From Eledone cirrhosa (lineage: Eukaryota), in NCBI GenBank assembly GCA_964016885.1, contig OZ024742.1, forward strand, positions 227,726,001 to 227,790,000: a stretch of 64,000 nt of DNA, given 5' to 3'. The first letter of the stretch is position 1; every line of letters begins with the position of its first letter. The translations under genes and the position numbers were made by a program. Below the pieces are notes generated by a model that was not told where the DNA came from, made no database searches, and saw only the letters and a program-made list of their open reading frames with translations. Shown piece by piece: positions 45,391 through 59,899 of the stretch.

Positions 45391-47934
45391 AATGGATAAA
45401 CAGATAAACATTAAAAATGAGGATTTTGGCAGTTGAATGACACTGATGTAGCTAGGGAAACATTGAATATAATGATTTTTCATAAAACAGGACTTACTTT
45501 CTCACTACACTTATATGGTGCGCTCTTGTCTGATTCTTTCATCACTACTGTAATTACAATGTCACTGTACAACATTGGATGCTGGTTGGTGTAAGAATCT
45601 AGAATTGTTTACAGATTACTCATCACCATCTAGTGTTGGTTGGATGTGTCATAGTTATGACATTTTACTTTTTAATTCCATGCTGGATTTTCTCACATAG
45701 TCATATATTTCTCCTTAATCAACAATTATCATACACAGTACTAACATGAATGGTTTTAGCTTTGTACACGCAGTGTTCATTAAATGTTTGGAGGATGTCC
45801 ATATCACCAGTCACTTTATTGTGCCACCATCTCTACAAAGCTTGTCAGAACTAATACCCCCCCCCCCCCCCCCTCATACTGGAGTTACAGTTCTCCTAGA
45901 TGGGTTACGTTTTCTGCAGCTTCAGGAGTCCAAGTCTGCTCTACACAGACACAGCCTACCATGCAAAGTTGTATGGAATACAGGTTATAAGAGTTGAAGA
46001 CCATATTTCCTGCTGAAGCAAGGGTTAACCTTGTGAATCTAATGACAGGCTTCTTTATTTGCACTGCATCTGCATCCCCGCCTTCATTTCCACCTATCTT
46101 TACAGTCCTTTCACTCTGTTACTTCCATCCTTTCTCAGCACATGACTACCATTTCTCTTCACAACACTCATCACTGATTCTAATCACATCCTCTGCAGTT
46201 CATTGTCTTTCTCTCTGTGATACTCCACTGAACCATTCTCATTTCTTTCTTTATTTATTTTCTAACCTCTGCTGCTCGATTTATAAAAGCAAGACATGAA
46301 TGACAAAGACACTTCTCACACATGCAGCATACACCTTTCCCTTTAGTTTCAGCAACACTCCCCAGTTTCCATAACTTATTTTGTGAACATCTCACTCTAG
46401 ATACTGTCACAGTTTCCATGGTTACAAAACCTTTTTCATACCATTCCAAAGATCCAGTTCAACATTTCAATGTCATCATTTACTCAAATACCTTCTTACA
46501 TATGGCCATTTTCTGTCTTGCCATAATGCTTAATCACATGCTATCATCTTTGTATTTCTGATAATCACCTCTATGAGTTAATTTCTCTGATCAGTGGTGT
46601 TTTGTATCCTTGAGCAAGGCACTTATTTCATGTTCACCCACTTGATTCAACTGGAAAGAATTACTACCACCAGCAGTATCTAGGGGTTAACTTTGCAGTG
46701 GACTAGTTTTCACTTCACACCATATTGTGGTGGGTTGATTGGTCAGATAAAGGAAAAAGGTGAAGATTGATTAAATGCAATTTTGATTAGTGTCTGGGAG
46801 TAAAAAAAGTAATAGATGCAATTTCATTGTTACAGGAATCGAGTGTTCTGGAGGAACATCAATGATTTTCCTGATATTTATGCTGCTGACAACTTTATTT
46901 TTGTCTTAATGGTACGTCTGATGTATTTGATCCTGAATATGCCCATTGATCAGTTGTTGAGTATGACTTGACTAAACTATCTTTTTTAATTGCCAATGGA
47001 AGAAGTGATTGACAAGATCCCAGACCTCATTTGCTTGCTGTGTGGGATGGACTTCGTCACATCAGACCAAGGAAACAATGTTGCCATTGTTGATACTATC
47101 TATCGGTCTCGACCCCTGGCAGAAAGAGCTTAAGGACACAATGCATCACTTGGTCCAAGAATTGAACTTGCAACCTCATGATTGGAAATCCAGCTCTCTA
47201 AAACACTAAGCCCTGCGCTTTCACCAATAGAGAACCACTTCTACCTTCAAATAGTATAGCTGATCATATTCTCCAAGAGGATCTGATTTGAGCTGGAATG
47301 AAAGTTGGTTCACTTTATCATGCCAGAATATAATTTACCATTTGTCCTTGTATGCAGTACTTTTGCAATGTCTGGTCGGGTGCTTCTGCTGGTCCTTATG
47401 TCAGCTTCAATCACTATTATACCGAAATGCTGCCTCTACTTTTTCTATAGTTTTGTTTGAAAAGCTACAAGTCAAATTGAACAGTAAATGTTAAAAATAT
47501 AATAATTATTATTTGGGTGCTACCTTGCAGTGCTTTATAGTTTCGTCTATTCCTGGATCAAATCCCTTCACCAAAAGTTAAAACAAAACAATTATATCAC
47601 GTCGATTGCCAAGTCCCTATTAGGTTTCGAAAGACTAGGACCGTATACCATTAACGTTTACCGTTCATATAGTGTTTAGTTTCAAAGCTATCACAATTTT
47701 CTGTTCGGAGAGTTTCCTTGCACATTTCTATTCTGGTTTCTTGTGAAGAATTCAAGAGCAACATCAATCGTTCATTGTCTAGAATGTTGTAGTGTTTTTA
47801 TGCCTGAGTTATCTCCCTTGAATTGCATTCCTCTTCCAATTCTGAAATAGGATATATAGCAGATATTTTCAGTGAGCGTTCAGATTTGTAAACTGGTTGG
47901 CCAACTAGACCCCAGCCTGCTTTTGAGAATTTAT

Positions 47935-49970
47935 TTCAAATTCATTTCTCTTCACTCGCATGGATTAGATGGGTGTGTCCATCTCGATCAAACGGAACTG
48001 TATTTTAGCTTTTTTTTTTTTTTTTTTTCTTCCTTAACAAGACCATGTTTAGTGGAACTGGGTGGTCCCAATGAGGGCCTGGCCAGTTGGCTGCGTTGTA
48101 CTCCGCTCATAATGGAACTGTATTTAGGGAGCTGGGATTTTATGGTTGCCCTTCCTAAAATCAGCCACATTTACAGTGGGGCTAGGTTGTCTCACTTATG
48201 GAGCAAGTCTGGTTAGCCTTTCTTAAACAGCACCTCCACCCCACTTCCCATTCCTGGCCAACTTGCTCATAATGGGACTGGGTTTTAATGGCTGCTAGAT
48301 GCCCTTCCTAACACCAACCATGTTTTAGTGTAAAACTGGGTGGTACAGTTACAGAACAGGTTTGGCCAGTTGACTGCATTGTACCTTGCACATATTTTGG
48401 CTGGGTTTTCACAGCTGCTGGATGCCCTTCCTAAGTACAAACCACACTTAGGGAGTGGGTTGTTGGCTGGTTTTCTGTTGTATGTTGAAGTACCAGAGGT
48501 CTTGGTCCTGTGTCAGCCTTTATCATTTCATTCCACCTCTTCTGAAGCACTCTACTGCTTCGTGCACCCTGCACCTTTTTATACAGCAGTCATCCTTAAT
48601 GCACATCGCAAGTCCATATCATTGCAATGATCCCGCATGCCCAGATACATTTAAACTTCGCTTCGTTCCAATCTACATAGATCCTTGGTGCACAGTGCCC
48701 AGGTTGCACTTCCATGTAGCATTGCTGTTCACACAGGCATCATACAACTTGCCTTTTGTAGTTAGCAGCTCCCTGAACTTTTTCTATCTTGTCTTTACTC
48801 TGGCAACTGTATTTTCTGAGTTTGCACCTCCATTGCTGATTTGGTTTCTTTTTTAGCAGAAACTATCAACTGGTTTGATGAAGTCATCTGTGCATTTAAA
48901 AAAAATTTTTCCTGGGGGCTTTTGCTTACTGCCCCTGTGCAATCTATGTTCTTTGCTAGCCTGCCCGAGTTCCTACTACATCTCTTGTGTACCTATAATT
49001 TAATTTGGGACACAGGATGAGTTTCTTCCTACTCCTTTTCTTCACAATGAGCAGGGGGCATTTCCCTGGGGGATCAGGGTCCTGTTTTCGTTTCTACTCG
49101 CTAGAATTTTGGTCTTTGCCAAGTTGACTTTAAGGCCTTTTGTTTCCAAGCTACACCTTCATGTCTGAAATTTCTTCTCTAATTCTGTCATAGTCAGCTA
49201 TGAGGGTCATATAGGAGTTTCCACAGGCAACCAGTCTTGAATTCTGTTAGAGCTTGCAGGACAACAGTGAGCAGCAAGGGGCCTAAAGACAGAGCCCTGG
49301 TGGACCCCCACTAGCACAATAAATTCCTCATTATAATCATTGTTAATTTTTACTTTGTTGGTAGCCCCTCTGTACTTGGCTTGTACACCCTCATTTACTC
49401 CTAGTTTTCTGAGGGCCCACTAGATTATGGAGTGGGGACTGTCAAATGCATTTTCTAGGTCCATGAACACTTAGCTTTTAGCTAAGTATTTCTTTTCCAG
49501 TGGCTTCAGAAGTAAGACAGCTACAGTGGTGCTTTTTTTCCGCCCGGCACAAATCGAAACTGCATCTCATCTAGGTGTATATGCACTATGACTGCTTAGT
49601 CTATCAAATTGATACTTCTATAGTTACTTCTCTGACATCTTTTCCCTTATAGCAGTTGACAATGATGCTGCTATACTAGTCATTGAGTATGACACTGTTC
49701 TGTGTTACTTGGTTTACAACATGGGTGGTTAACGTGTGCTTTACTATTCCAGGTGCTCTCAGCAACTATTCCCGATGGTCCGGCTGTTGGCTTGTACAGC
49801 TGGTGGACAGGCTGTTTTCCTCATGCATTCTTCTCATTAATCAGCATCAGCGAGGACAAGTGCGCTATTGTCATCACAGATGCACTTCTTGACAAAGTTT
49901 TCCCTGACACATTGCCTTGCAATCCTGAAGACAGTGCTTTTGTTCCTTGTATTGCAGAACATGCTTAAAC
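47935..49970 (-). mobile_element. Degenerate RTE LINE with 3' tail region
   Basis: Colinear with 12471-14148 (e.g. gagccctggtggacccc, cagttgacaatgatgctgc, tgcatctcatct). Confidence 0.85.
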
Positions 49971-50249
49971 TTTTCATTTTATGTTTCTCAACTTGCCGCT
50001 AGACTATTTGGTACCCTTGCAAGGTTAGACCCCTACCATAAAATATCAATTTAAAAATTTATAAACAAATTAAAAGAAATTTTTTCCAACATTTGAACAC
50101 CAACCTTTTTTTTTTTTTTTTTTGTTCAAATGTCTGCCCCCCCCCCCCCCCCCCCCTACACCACTTGACACTATTTTATTTGCAAAATTAAGACAAGAAT
50201 AAACAAACGTTAGTGTACAAACAGCATAATGGACAGTTGAACATACACC

Positions 50250-52300
50250 TGAAACCAAATTTGGCTGAGGGGATAAATGCAGATAAAGACAATTCAAAAT
50301 CTCACTTGCAAAGTTTTTAACCAATTCAGCTAAATCAAGTGATGAAGCCTGAGCATGTTCTATTGATATATTTGTCAAGCCAACTCGTCTCTCTTGCAAC
50401 ATTGTAGAGTGACTGTAAGATTTTATAAGCTTCAGCTTTGAGAAACTACTCTCACCGCTAATACTGGAATGTGAGAAGGATCCTGAATGCAATAGCAACA
50501 TTGTTGGAGTGTAAAAAGAAGTACTTCTTTTGGTGGCTTAGTTTTTGAGCAATGGCTAAAAGTTCACAGCATAGATCCTCAAAATCAATATCTTTGTTTC
50601 CTATATGCATGAAAGATCTTTTTCCAAATTCTAGCAATTCTAGCATATCATTGGTAGGTTTATCCTTTACACTGTATATGTTATACAGAAAGCCAAAGAG
50701 TGAATTATAATGTAGCTGTAGGAATCATTAATAGATTGTATGGCCATGTCTAAAAGTTCACAGTAAAAACTTACTTTAAATTTTCTGTTTTGGATCTTGT
50801 GTCCCTTCTTGGGCCTCATATTCAAAATGCTGTTTCTTTCTCCTGGTTCTAATTTGATGTTTCAAAGTCTGGTACTATCTCTGCATTTGCAATTTCAGTT
50901 GCATCTACCAAAACCTTTTGAAATCCCTCTTCAGACCTGCAACTGTCTTGTAGCTGCATTTAAATCAGCTTTTTGACTTTGTAGTATCTTTCTTGTAAGG
51001 TTGACTTTAAACATGATGTAACAAGTGATACTACAAATTTGAACTTACTGATTGCACCAGCAAGGGTTTTGGCTTCATCTTGGGAATTATTGCCAGAGGA
51101 ACCTGTTAAGCTTGTATCATTAAAGATCTGCCTCAGATCATCATATCTATCACCTAGATATCTTAATGGCTTCAGAGATTCTATCCGACTCCCCCATCTC
51201 GTTTCACACAATGGTTTAACAGCTATATCCAAGTCTGATATATGACTGATTAGAATTTGCCAACACTTAGTTGATGAAGAGAAGTAGTTATAGATCCATC
51301 CAACAATATTGAAGAAAGTAGTTGCTTCTAGCAGCATCATTGCCTTCCAAGTGTAAAGAGTGTGCATGTGGGGTTTATGTCTAGGATCCTCTTTGCCTTT
51401 CATGTTACTCTCATTATCATAACTTTGACCATGCATATTTTCAATTGATAATCCAATATGCTCAAGAAGAGTTTGTTATAAAGGCGCCTTTAGTGGAACA
51501 AAGCCCAGGAAATGTTCATGTGATGACTTCAGGCTCAGGTATCCCATTATCTGATGCTCTGATTACATCAACAATATGGACTATCATTGTCATTTGCTCA
51601 ATATGATTTATATCATGTGTGTGCAATCCAGAATTATGGAATAGTATTTAGCAGAGTTTACACAAGTTAAAATTTCCTTTTCTTTTTTATAGCATTGGTT
51701 AGAAGCTGTATGAGCTCATTTTGAATATATTTTTTCCAAGATGGTGAACCAGACTTACACGATTAACTGTACGCAAGTGTTCATTCATGATGGGATCAGA
51801 AATGGCTAGATATTCTACAAAATTTCAAAAAATGTCCATTACCAGGGCAATACAACTTTGCATTTCTACCACAGAATTCCAAGAACTTGTACCAAAGCAA
51901 CTAAGCATTGCAAAATTTGATTCCAATAATGTTCCTCTTGCCTAATTTTCTGTTGATCGTTATCAATTGATTTCCTTTAGCTACATGCCAAGATTGATAG
52001 TTTTCTAAATGGCCAGCAGTCCTCTCAACCCGATGTTCTTCCAGTCTTTTGAATCTGTTGGAGAGATGAATCACAATTTCTTTTGCTGAATAACTTACAG
52101 CAAAAACAAAATACATCTTTTGAGGTTGAATATATCAACCATTGATGGCGCACTTCATCACTTGTCAGTCTCCTCTTGTGGTGTATAGGAGAAAATCATC
52201 TAATACAACCTGTTGTGGACCATGTTGTACTTGAAGCAAATTATCATTAGAACAGGAGGGTCATGTGGCAGAATCCAAGTTTTTTGTAGGACTCGCACTC
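50250..52300 (-). mobile_element. hAT transposase relic (ZMYM1-like)
   Basis: GQSYDNESNMKG, CETRWGSRIESL, NVAIAFRILLT and SGESSFSKLKLIKSY dimerisation motif; frameshifted. Confidence 0.88.
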
Positions 52301-52779
52301 CTCTTCCTCCTCCTCCTATAAGACTTCCAGAAATATCCCCAGTTTGAGCAACTTTAGTTTTAGTTTTGATCCTGTCGGGTAGGTTCACAACTTTCAGTGC
52401 TAATTTCAGCAACAGCGCACTCATTGTGTTCTTGCTTTGCTTTATCTGGACGAAGGTATTTCAGGAAGAGCCCTTTTACTTTGCTAGCCCCATAATTTGG
52501 GTCTCCAGAGGGGGGTTTTTTTTTTTTTGTTTTTTTTTTCTGCCATGGCATGCTGGAAAAATATACACTGGCAAAAAAAAAAAAAAAATGGGAATTTATT
52601 ATTTTATAAAGAGTGTTTAATTGAAATGTTTAGAAAGAAACAAATAAAATAGATCATTGCTTATTGATAAGACAAACGTTTCTATTTTTTGGACTTGTTT
52701 AAAATCATTTTTAATAAATAAAAAAAAAAAACAAACTCTCATCTGAAATTTTCCCCCAATAAAATAAAAACATTTTAGT

Positions 52780-53330
52780 GTTTAATGGCAAAGTAATTAA
52801 GTGAATTAACAAAATGGTATGGGTCTATATATCACAAAGGCGTCGGGGATTAGGAGTTTATAGAAACTGCAATGAATGCTGGCAGATATAAGCAATTATA
52901 CAGTGTATTACTGGTACTTTATTTTACCGATCCCTGTAAGGATGAAAGGCTAAGTTAACCTTGGCAGGATTTGAACTCCGACCGTAAAGGGACGTAACTA
53001 TGCTACAAAGCATAGTGTCTGACCCTCTGCCAAAAGCAAATAATATCAATGAATTTATATTTATGATCCCAAACACATCAAAGCTTGTAAAGGAGTATCT
53101 TGAAGAAAATATCCTAACACTAGGCAGGCCACTTCAGTTTCCTGATCTTAAACCCATAGAGCACATAATAAAAACAACTAGCAGGTAAAGGGTATTTTAA
53201 AAGGCACAAATGGAGGAAGAAATTAAGATTTGGAATTCAATCTCAGCAGAAATATGTTGCTAGTTTTCAAAAAAGAGTTTGTTTGCTTTTTGCTGCAAAA
53301 GGTAAATATATTAAGTATTAATATATATTT
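52780..53330 (+). mobile_element. Tc1-like transposase relic with an inserted SINE (52905-53030)
   Basis: RPLQFPDLKPIEH resembles WPSQSPDLNPIEH. Confidence 0.5.
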
Positions 53331-53340
53331 TCCTTTATTA

Positions 53341-53562
53341 TGGCTGAGTAATGAGTCCTTTACTCTGGAGTTTCACCTGTGATAAAACTCCAGAGTCATT
53401 ACACAGCCACAAAATATATATATATATATATAAAGATGCGAAGTAGTTGCAGATTTTAAAGTCCTTTATTGATAAGGCTGTAATATACATTTTAATGAAG
53501 ACTGTCATAGAAATATGTATCACAGCCTTATCAATAAAGGACTTTAACATCTTCAACTACTT
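53341..53562. repeat. Two adjacent long inverted repeats (hairpins)
   Basis: 53341-53409, and 53441-53562 with ~50-bp arms and an ~18-nt loop. Confidence 0.85.
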
Positions 53563-54758
53563 AACATTTTCTTATTCTAAATATATTCCAACATTCCTAT
53601 GTGGAAAAAGTACAATGCTTGAATTGAATTGCATCAATGTTTACTGTAAGTATTTATATATATATTTAGACAAATAAAGTTTATATATTCTTACCTTCAA
53701 AGTTAACGTCGTCTGATAGATTCTTTTTAAAAAAACGTTTAAATAAATGCATAAAATAGATGTAAGACAAAAAAAATATCTTCTGGTAATCTTTCTGGGT
53801 TGAAAGTTCAGCATAAAATATGTATTTAACCAAACATACATGAATATATATATTTATAAACACATACAAAAACAGGAGCAGTTGCTCCTCAATCAAAGAT
53901 TTACTAAATATAGTTCATTCATTACTTGGATTGAAGTTGTTTGTGTTCATAGATTGGTGACACGGTCAACAGTTCTTCACATTCCGATGATCCCAGTCCA
54001 CCAGTCTGCATTCTTTAAGAGACCAAGTTGCTACTATTACTGCTTTTCTCATCCCACTGCATGTATGTATGATTAAGTGACATCAAATTCTTTTTTTTGC
54101 ACTCGTGTCTCTAAAGTTGAGAAAATTTGTTGAATTTTGCCACAGTAAGGACAGGAAATACTTTTTGTTCAAGTGGCCCAAGTTATTTGCTTTCTGTCGT
54201 ATGTGGGCAGAATGAAACTTACAGCCCCTCCGTTCCTCCCGTCACCCCCATTTTTTTTCTACTGCCTACCTGGACTTTGTCAACGCCTTCAGGGGTTGGT
54301 AGCACTCACTTTGAGAACTTCTGGATTATACAATCATTTTGGCATCGCTAACTTCACTAAGCACAATACATGTACTTATGACAGGCTTTTCTGTGGCTAC
54401 GATTTTTATTAACCAGTGATATGCTTGACAAAATAAGTCTGTAATTTAGTACTTGGACAATTTGACAGGGTCAAAATGATGATACAAAACTTACCAAATG
54501 TTCCCAGACCTTCCTGTCAAGTTCCTGAAGCAGAAGCACCTTAAAAGCAGACACGGCGGTCAAAATCATTGGTTTGACTCTTTGGTGTCACTCCACCCAA
54601 AATATGATTTTGGGAGAAATTACACGTTTAAAACCTTACCTCAAGATAAAATATTCATTCACAGCAGAATTGTACTTACAATAATTTTAAAACATTTATT
54701 TTCAACATCCTTTGCAATCTCTAGAGGCAAGATTTTTCTGTCATGGATGTTTAAGTAT

Positions 54759-54964
54759 TGTGGTTAGAAAAAGCTATCTCACTTACCGCTAAATCCCAAG
54801 GCTGGTTTCTCCTCTTCCACATGCGTCCAACTCATTAACACCCGGGAGCTGTCAAGCTCACGTCCACACCGTTCCTGGTCACCACTAGAGAGAGGCCGAT
54901 CTGCTGGCCCTTCCGGTCGAGCACTCCCCAGCTTCCGGCCACCGCATGCCACATCATACCCACA
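54759..54964 (-). repeat. Gypsy 3' LTR
   Basis: TGTGG...CCACA; matches 58441-58669 except for two short indels and several substitutions. Confidence 0.9.
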
Positions 54965-57900
54965 CACCCCCTCGTCCTTCTGCATATGAAAGTCTGCTGT
55001 CCAGGTTGGTGGTTTGCGACTTCTTTGCGATCTCCGCAGTGTTGGGGCGGCACTTTGGGTTCCTCTTCCTCGGAGTCCGTTGACACAGTGATTCTACGGA
55101 CATCCAGGACATGACGTGGTACTCCGTCCACGGACACATTGTTCTGGGAATTTACGGCCATCACCGTTCTCCTTCCCCATTGAGATGTGCAGCGTGCATC
55201 TGGGGGCTTAACCCAGACTTCTTCGCCCACCTGCATGAATGCATTCTCTCTCCCCACTGGCCGTTGTGGTGGCGTGCACGGGTGCTGCCACTCGTATCTG
55301 AATACTGCTCTGTGTAGCACCAATTCCTCAACCTGTCCCACCCGAGGAGACATGTTGTACCAGAACACTGCCTCCATTGGTAAGATATGACCCCGCTCCA
55401 CCATCGCCTTGATTGTCCGGTGGTGTCGCTCCACAATTCTATTCCCGCTCCGCCTGTGCGCTGCTCTGAGTAAGCGGTCCACCTTCTATCCATCGAGCAT
55501 CGCCCTCTGCGCTGTTGTCCAGCAGCAGCAGTTCGTCCGCATGATTTCCTCGGCCATTCCAGTCTTCATCTCCCTCCATATCGCCATCCGTCCTGGTCCA
55601 CAGTCGACCATCGAGAGGTACGTTCCCTGTCGGTAGTGCGTTACATCCACCGCCAGTCGCGATCCACCGGAAGGCTTCCTGTTTCGTGCAAACCCGGGGC
55701 GGGATCAATGGACTGACATCGGACGCAGCCTCTAAGCACTGTGTCTGTTAACGTCCGAGTCGATTCTCCTGGCTAGGACCAGGCTCCTATCCACTCCCAT
55801 GTAGTGCATGTCATGCAACCCTTTCAGATCCGACACACGGCAGCTATCTCTTCTACCTCCTCCGGCACTTCCATCCAGGCTTTCTTCACCCTGGTTAAGA
55901 CGTCCGCCCTATTTTTCTCTGAGGGCACGGAAACTACGCTCAGCCTCAGGTCGAACTCGGTGTCCAGCTCTCCTAAAGTTCCCAGGCGGCGCTTTACCAG
56001 CATCTCCGCCGCCCCTCTCGTTCGCACTCTCTTCTCACTGGTCTCGCCCATCCGAGTCGGTGCGTATCTCGATGGTGCACAGTCTCCACTTCAGGGCGAG
56101 GTTCACCCCTCTCAACACTGCGTCCAGTTCGGCTACATTGATGTGGTTGCAGTCCTTCCTAAGCCAGGCTGCATCCTCGACCTCAACACCTATCTCCAAC
56201 GTGACGCCCAGCGCTATGCTGCTGGCATTGCACCATACGGTCCTGCTCTGCGATTTGGGAACATACCAGCGTCCCCGCACTGGGTCGTCAGCCTTCACCC
56301 TCCACGATCTCCTGCATCATGGCCACCGTCCTCTTTCCCACTCCAAGTCACCCCTCCCGCTCGTCTCTTGACATAGCTGCATGTCGTCCGGAGCCACCCA
56401 GCAATCGGGTAGTGACCCACCAACTTTCCACACACCAAGAAAAGCTCCCGCCTACTCATACTTGGGCCCAGTTCTGGAACTTCATTTCCCCTCTGGAATA
56501 CCAAGATGCCCGTCCTGTCTCGCCGTAGCCTAAGTCCCAGCGCAGCTCCTCCCTCCAACGCTTCTGACGGCTTCGCAGCCAGTCCATACCCCTGTAAATG
56601 GCTTGTGACCTCCACCGCCGACACTACAGACTTGTCCACTAGGATGTCGTCAATGTAAGAGTTAGTGGCCCTCTTCATCTTGTCAGCCTTTCCCAGAATG
56701 GTCGTGAAGACCGCCGCCATGATCTTCGGTGCGGAGCGCAGCCCGAAACCGAGCCTGGTCAGGCAATATGTCCGGCCCTTATACCTGACCAGCTGATACT
56801 GCCAGAGCTTCTCATCTATATGCAATTGCAAGTATGCCGACTTTAGATCTACGATTGCTGAACCTCCCGTCATGCGTCTCCACTCACACAGGGTTTCCCC
56901 ATAGACATCCGTGACTTTGCCACATGTGCTCGTTCAGCTCCCGAAAGTCCAACACCGGCCTCATCTTGTTCTTCGTCGGTTGCGCCACCGCCATTAACGG
57001 CAATACTCCGCACTTCACCTCCTCTTTCCAGGGAAGCAGTATGCCCTCCTCAATCCATCTCTCTACCTCTCGCTCGAACTCACTCCTAATGTCTCCCTTC
57101 AATGTGTGTTGATAGCAGCCCACTTTGGTCTTCAGTGTTGGTGGTTCTCCCTTCCAGTACCACTCAACAACCCATCGAACACGGCCTTGAAGTTTTTGTC
57201 CTGCACAGTGTAAGCCGGGTATTTCTCCTCGTGGGCCTTCTGGTTCTCCTGTCGTGTTGCATACTCACAGCGCATACTGATGCAGTGCCGCCAAACGACA
57301 CACCGACGTTGTTCACTGTGACGCCTCCTAGACGGCCAATTGCGTCCATGCTCATAACCACGCCGATCCCATCCACCATGTCAACTACGATGGCAGAAAG
57401 CCTTATTTTCCTTCCCCGTACCGCCATCTCACCTCGCTGCAACTTCGGCATTCAATTTTCCTGTCGTCGACTGCCCTTACGCTGCTCTTCCCTCTTCGCT
57501 TCTGCGCCACCAGTGTCATCGTATAGCCCATGTCCATGTGTGCTCGCTGTGGCTTTCCTCTCACGAAGACTTCCACCACGGGCAGCGCCTCTACTCGTAA
57601 GGGGCAACTACCGGCGCAGTAGTTCCCCTTGGATCGTTTCCCTGGTCGCTTACACCGGTAGCATATTATTTCCTGGCCTTGACTCTCTACAGTCTTGCCA
57701 TGTGCGGGCCCTGGCACCTAAAACAGCGACCTCTAAACGTTCGTGGGCGACCGCGTGCGGTGGTTGCCTCCCTTTCACCATTTCGCTGCCAGCTGTCTTG
57801 AGCCTCTGTAGTTGCTATCGCCGCGACACTCTTCTTGGCATCTTCTGCTATGATGCGGGCTTGTTCCACCAGTGAACACATCTCCATTTCTTTGTAACCC

Positions 57901-58440
57901 GGGACTTGCTGCAGTTTCACCGCTATGTCGTCTGGAAATCCAATTATGAACGCCAACCGCACCGTGCGTTCGCATTCAACCTGATATCCAGCCAACATGG
58001 CCAATCGCCGTATTTCCGCTGCGAAAATGTCAACGCGTTCACCGTTCCATCTAATTCTTGCCAGCTTAGCAAAAGCGAGTAACGGTCCCTCTGCGAACGC
58101 TTCCATCATGCGCCTCTCAATCTTTTGCGCATCCCTTTGGCTGTGTTCATCTAACTCAAGGAAGAGTACCAACGCGTTCCCCTCGAGGTACAGTGCCATG
58201 AGCCAGTCACATCTATCTTCTGTAAGCTTTTCACAGCCAAGCGATATCGCTTTCACCGGTAAATGCCCTAATCGCTTCGCTCGTTCGTAGTCTCGTCGCC
58301 ATATCCTAATGTGTCTTGCGGTACGTAATAAAAAAAAACAACAACAGACTTCTCTCTGTTTTTCCAGTAGCTTTGTTTTCGAGAAAGTTTATTTTTTTTT
58401 TTTTTCCAATCAGATCTCAGTTTCCAGTGCAGAAATAGCT

Positions 58441-58669
58441 TGTGGTTAGAAAAAGCTATCTCACTTACCGCTTTTCATTGGCGCCGCTAAATCCCAAGGC
58501 TGGTTTCTCCTCTTCTACGTGCGTCCAACTCATTAACACCCGGGAACTGCCAAGCTCACGTCCACACCGTTCCTGGTCACCACTAGAGAGAGACCGATCT
58601 GCTGGCCCTTCCGGTCGAGCACTCCCCAGCTTCCGGCCACCGCACGCCACACCATACAAGTACTCCACA
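58441..58669 (-). repeat. Gypsy 5' LTR
   Basis: TGTGG...CCACA. Confidence 0.9.
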
Positions 58670-59899
58670 CTGACCATTTCTTTCCTTGTTTATACCATTA
58701 AAATATAGTTACCCCACTCAATTTGGTGTCTGCGGCAAACTGAAATTTTCCTATACACGGGATTCCATGGAAAAACTTGTGGCCTATAAAAACACATGAA
58801 TGTAATTGCGTCCTGAAAGTTTTGTATAGACGCGATTTTCACTCAATTTCCTTGTTCCTGTCAGACTGAATCTACCAAATTATTTGTCTCTGTATGAAAT
58901 AAACCAGGATAAAAAATGACCCTCAATAAAACTAAAATATATATATTCTTTTCAAAATTGTTGTTGATTTGGAGAAAGGCAGCTGCCTAGTTTGCCTATA
59001 TGGTAGCGCCAGCCCTGCTTGCCGCCTAGTTTCTTGGCTAAGGTACCGGCTTACCCCATTTTGCCACACTATGATTCCACCACCATGTCACTCTACTTCT
59101 CCCTCCAGATCTTGTTTGCGACCTGCAGCAGATTATCTCTCAGGAACTTCCACTGTTTCTATTTCTTCTTCCTTACTATCAAAAGCATCAAGCAAGACTT
59201 CTAAATTTGTTACCAGCTGAAGGCTCCTTCAACTTCAATATCCTTCTTCTCCAGGTTGCCCGGGTATGTCTAGTCCTAACTCTGAAGATGCTTACTAGGT
59301 TATGTTGGGAGGTGCATTCCTCATCAGGGATGCTTTTTGTGTTTCTGTCTGTTACTCTATCTTGCCTTCTGGTGAGGATATAGTCTATTTGGCTGTTATG
59401 CTCACCTGATCTGTAGGTGATCAGTTGGTTAGCTGGCTTCTTAAAATTTGAGATGCAGATAGCTTGCTGGTGTCACAGAATTCCAGGAGTTTCAAGAAAC
59501 TATCAACTATTTCTAATGGTACCCTTCTGAGATTGGAAAAGGTTTATTCCACTGTTGCTCTTCCTTATCTCACCACCATATCTAAATATATATGTATGTT
59601 AGCCCTTGAAAAGGTTATCTAAACAAAGCTTGCCTATATCTAAGCTAACCAGCAACCTGTGACTGGTGGCTGTTCCCTTATGTGAGCAAAATACTTGTAA
59701 TAAAATGACTAATAAGATAAATAATGGATAGAATAGATCTTCAATAATAACTTTGAAAATTGCATCTTGGAACATACAGATGCTATTGGATTTATCAAGG
59801 TCAAATCATCCAGAAGTTTGAACTGCTCTTATCTGTAAAGAGTTCAATTGGTATCAACTGGATATTGGCCAGGTAGAGGAATCAGATTTGGGATACACC

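Larger units (their letters stand above)
54759..58669 (-). mobile_element. Compact Ty3/Gypsy LTR retrotransposon with frameshifted gag-pol
   Basis: Two LTRs. Gag with zinc knuckles (CFRC, CYRC), degenerate protease, RT (RPVLDFRELN, DLKSAYLQ, YIDD), RNase H (WCNAS, NVAEL, NRADVLTR), integrase after RNase H. PPT-like AGAAGGACGAGGGGG on the minus strand at ~54967-54981. Confidence 0.93.

Noticed and set aside
55111-58290. Plus-strand ORFs within the Gypsy element
   Set aside because: Antisense shadows of GC-rich gag-pol with no independent motifs.
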